Assembly: GCA_964016885.1 (NCBI GenBank)
Contig: OZ024740.1
Coordinates: 123,008,001 to 123,072,000, forward strand
Direction of reading: 5' to 3'
Origin: Eledone cirrhosa
Lineage: Eukaryota
DNA length: 64,000 bases
Position numbers and translations under genes: made by a program. Positions 61,944-64,000 of the stretch are shown in pieces. Below the pieces are notes generated by a model. The model was given only the letters and a program-made list of their open reading frames with translations. It was not told the origin of the DNA and ran no database searches. Numbering within the stretch: the first letter of the stretch is position 1; every line of letters starts with the position of its first letter.

Positions 61944-63513
61944 TGGCTCTGAGAAAACTAGGTGTTGATGAATGGCTTGTGAGAGCTATACAAGCCATGT
62001 ATAAAGAAACAGTCAGCAAGGTTAGAATTAACAACGAATATAGTGAAGAGTTTAGTGTAAAAGTTGGTGTTCATCAGGGCTCTGTTCTTAGCCCCGTACT
62101 ATTTATTATTGCCCTCCAGGCTATAAAAGTGGAGTTCAAGACCGGCTGCCCATGGGAACTCCTATACGCAGATGATCTAACGCTCATAGCTGAAACAATG
62201 GCCAAGCTAGAGAAGAAATTCCAAACATGGAAGCACGGCCTAGAATCAAAAGGCCTTAAAATTAACCTGGCTAAGACTAAAGTTCTAGTTTGTAAGAAAG
62301 AAAATAAGGTGGCGGTCCCCTCCGGGAAGTGGCCATGCTCAGAGTGTAGGAAAGGCGTAGGTAGAAACTCCATTTTGTGTCCCAAATGCAAAGTTTGGGT
62401 GCATAAAAGATGTAGTGGGATCACAGGTAAGCTAACTAAGAACATAGATTTTACATGTGGCCAGTGTTCTGGGGCAATAAGTAGCAGCAAGTGCCCACAA
62501 ATACTAGCTCTTTCAACTGCGCAGAGGGTTCTATAGAAATAGTGGACAGCTTCCGTTACCTGGGTGACAAAATCAGCAGTGGGGGAGGGTGCTCTGAAAG
62601 TACAGTAGCTAGAGTCAGAACTGGGTGGAAAAAGTTCAGAGAGCTCATACCACTATTAGCCACTAAAGGGTTCTCCCTAAAAATGAAAGGCAAGTTGTAT
62701 GATGCCTGCATATGAACAGCAATGTTGCACGGTAGTGAGACCTGGGCATTGTGTGCAGGGGATATATGCAGACTAGAGAGAAACGAAGCTTGCATGCTCT
62801 GGTGGATGTGTAATAGTAATATACGTGAACGGCAAAGCATAAACGAACTAAGGAAAAAATTAGAAATAAGAGGGATCAGATGTTGTTTACTCGAGAGAAG
62901 GCTACGTTGGTATGGTCACGTGATGCGCATGAAGGACGATAGCTGTATTACAAAGTGCAGGGCAATAAAGATAGACGGTAGCCACGGAATTGGCAGACCC
63001 AGAAAAACCTGGGACGAGCTGATAAATTCCGACCTCACACACTTACACCTCACCAAGACAATGTCACTGGACCGAGACCTTTGGCGGTACTCAGTAATAG
63101 AGAAGACCCGCCTTACCTAAATACAAAGTAAAACCTACTACAGTCAGTAGGCATCTCTAACAAAATACACCCCCGTCCCGCCACCCCCACCCCATCCACA
63201 CCGCCCCCTTTCAATGTAAAGTTATGTTGGTGCCACAACATCCAGGCCGAAACAAATGAGATCGTGTAGGTGTCACGTCAAAAAAACACACAGTTCACGC
63301 TGTAATGTGGCCGTGTAGGCAACACAGTAAAAACCTCCCAGCCCCACACTGTAAATGTGGTTGGTGTTAGGAAGGGCATCCAGCTGTAGAAAACCCGCCA
63401 GATAGTCCTATGCGAGCAAGATAACCACTCTTGCCTCAAGTGGGAAAACCCTCCGTCCAAACCCATGCAAGCATGGAACACGGACGTTAAACGATGATGA
63501 TGATGATGATGAT
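61944..63513 (+). mobile_element. 5'-truncated RTE LINE, frameshifted, premature stop at 62713, (GAT)n tail
   Basis: Same family as the 14095 copy. Probable TSD gatgttg on both sides, overlapping the tail. Confidence 0.93.
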
Positions 63514-64000
63514 GTTGAAAATATTTGGTGAACTGGGTCACATACTCAGTTGTTATAATGTGTCATATCTAATGACTAGAATAGCAGTGTCACCATTAAC
63601 TTTTATGTGGGCAAAAGAGATGCTGAAGCAGGAAACAATTTACTTCTAGTCATGGTAGTACAATGATATGCACTTAGTAAATTCTTTAAAATGGTTCATG
63701 ATGGGAAGGACATGCAGCTTTAGAAAACATGCCTCAATTGTTATATATGATCTCCACAACATATAGGAAGTCAATAACTCCCTATCAGAACTGACTCAGA
63801 TCATAACAAAGCATCCAACCCATGTCAGTATGTGAAAGATGATAAAATGATGATGATGATGATGATATATTCAATGACAGCAACAATAATTGTGACAATG
63901 ATGGCAATGATGATGATAAGAACAATGATAAAGATGATGGTGGTTCTTCACCACCTTTGAAATAATCAGTATAATTACTATTAAACTGCTTCTACAGTTC

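Overview
AT-rich, microsatellite-laden eukaryotic DNA, made almost entirely of transposable-element material. The mix of repeats resembles a cephalopod (octopus-like) genome, but that is inference only. No host protein-coding gene is confidently visible, and most short ORFs in the track are microsatellite or antisense artefacts. Contents: (1) four copies of an RTE-clade LINE, one with an uninterrupted APE-RT frame, all carrying a PHD-type C4HC3 finger inserted inside the RT domain; (2) decayed Penelope-like elements (two of YRDDGL type, one GIY-YIG fragment); (3) CR1, R4/Dong-like and other RTE fragments, a dead mariner, hAT and TTAA-type MITEs, and several SINE families; (4) a 200-N gap. The most striking signal is about 14 complete or near-complete type I hammerhead-ribozyme motifs (CTGANGA...GAAA...UH with paired stems), found by eye. 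They sit in non-coding, (TA)n-flanked Penelope pLTR-like units, many arranged as fold-back inverted repeats from a 264-bp perfect palindrome up to 2.6 kb. They include long-stem-II forms and core variants. A hAT element with matching 8-bp target-site duplications brackets 15.4 kb of nested insertions (6898-22312). All structures were read manually and need computational and biochemical confirmation.
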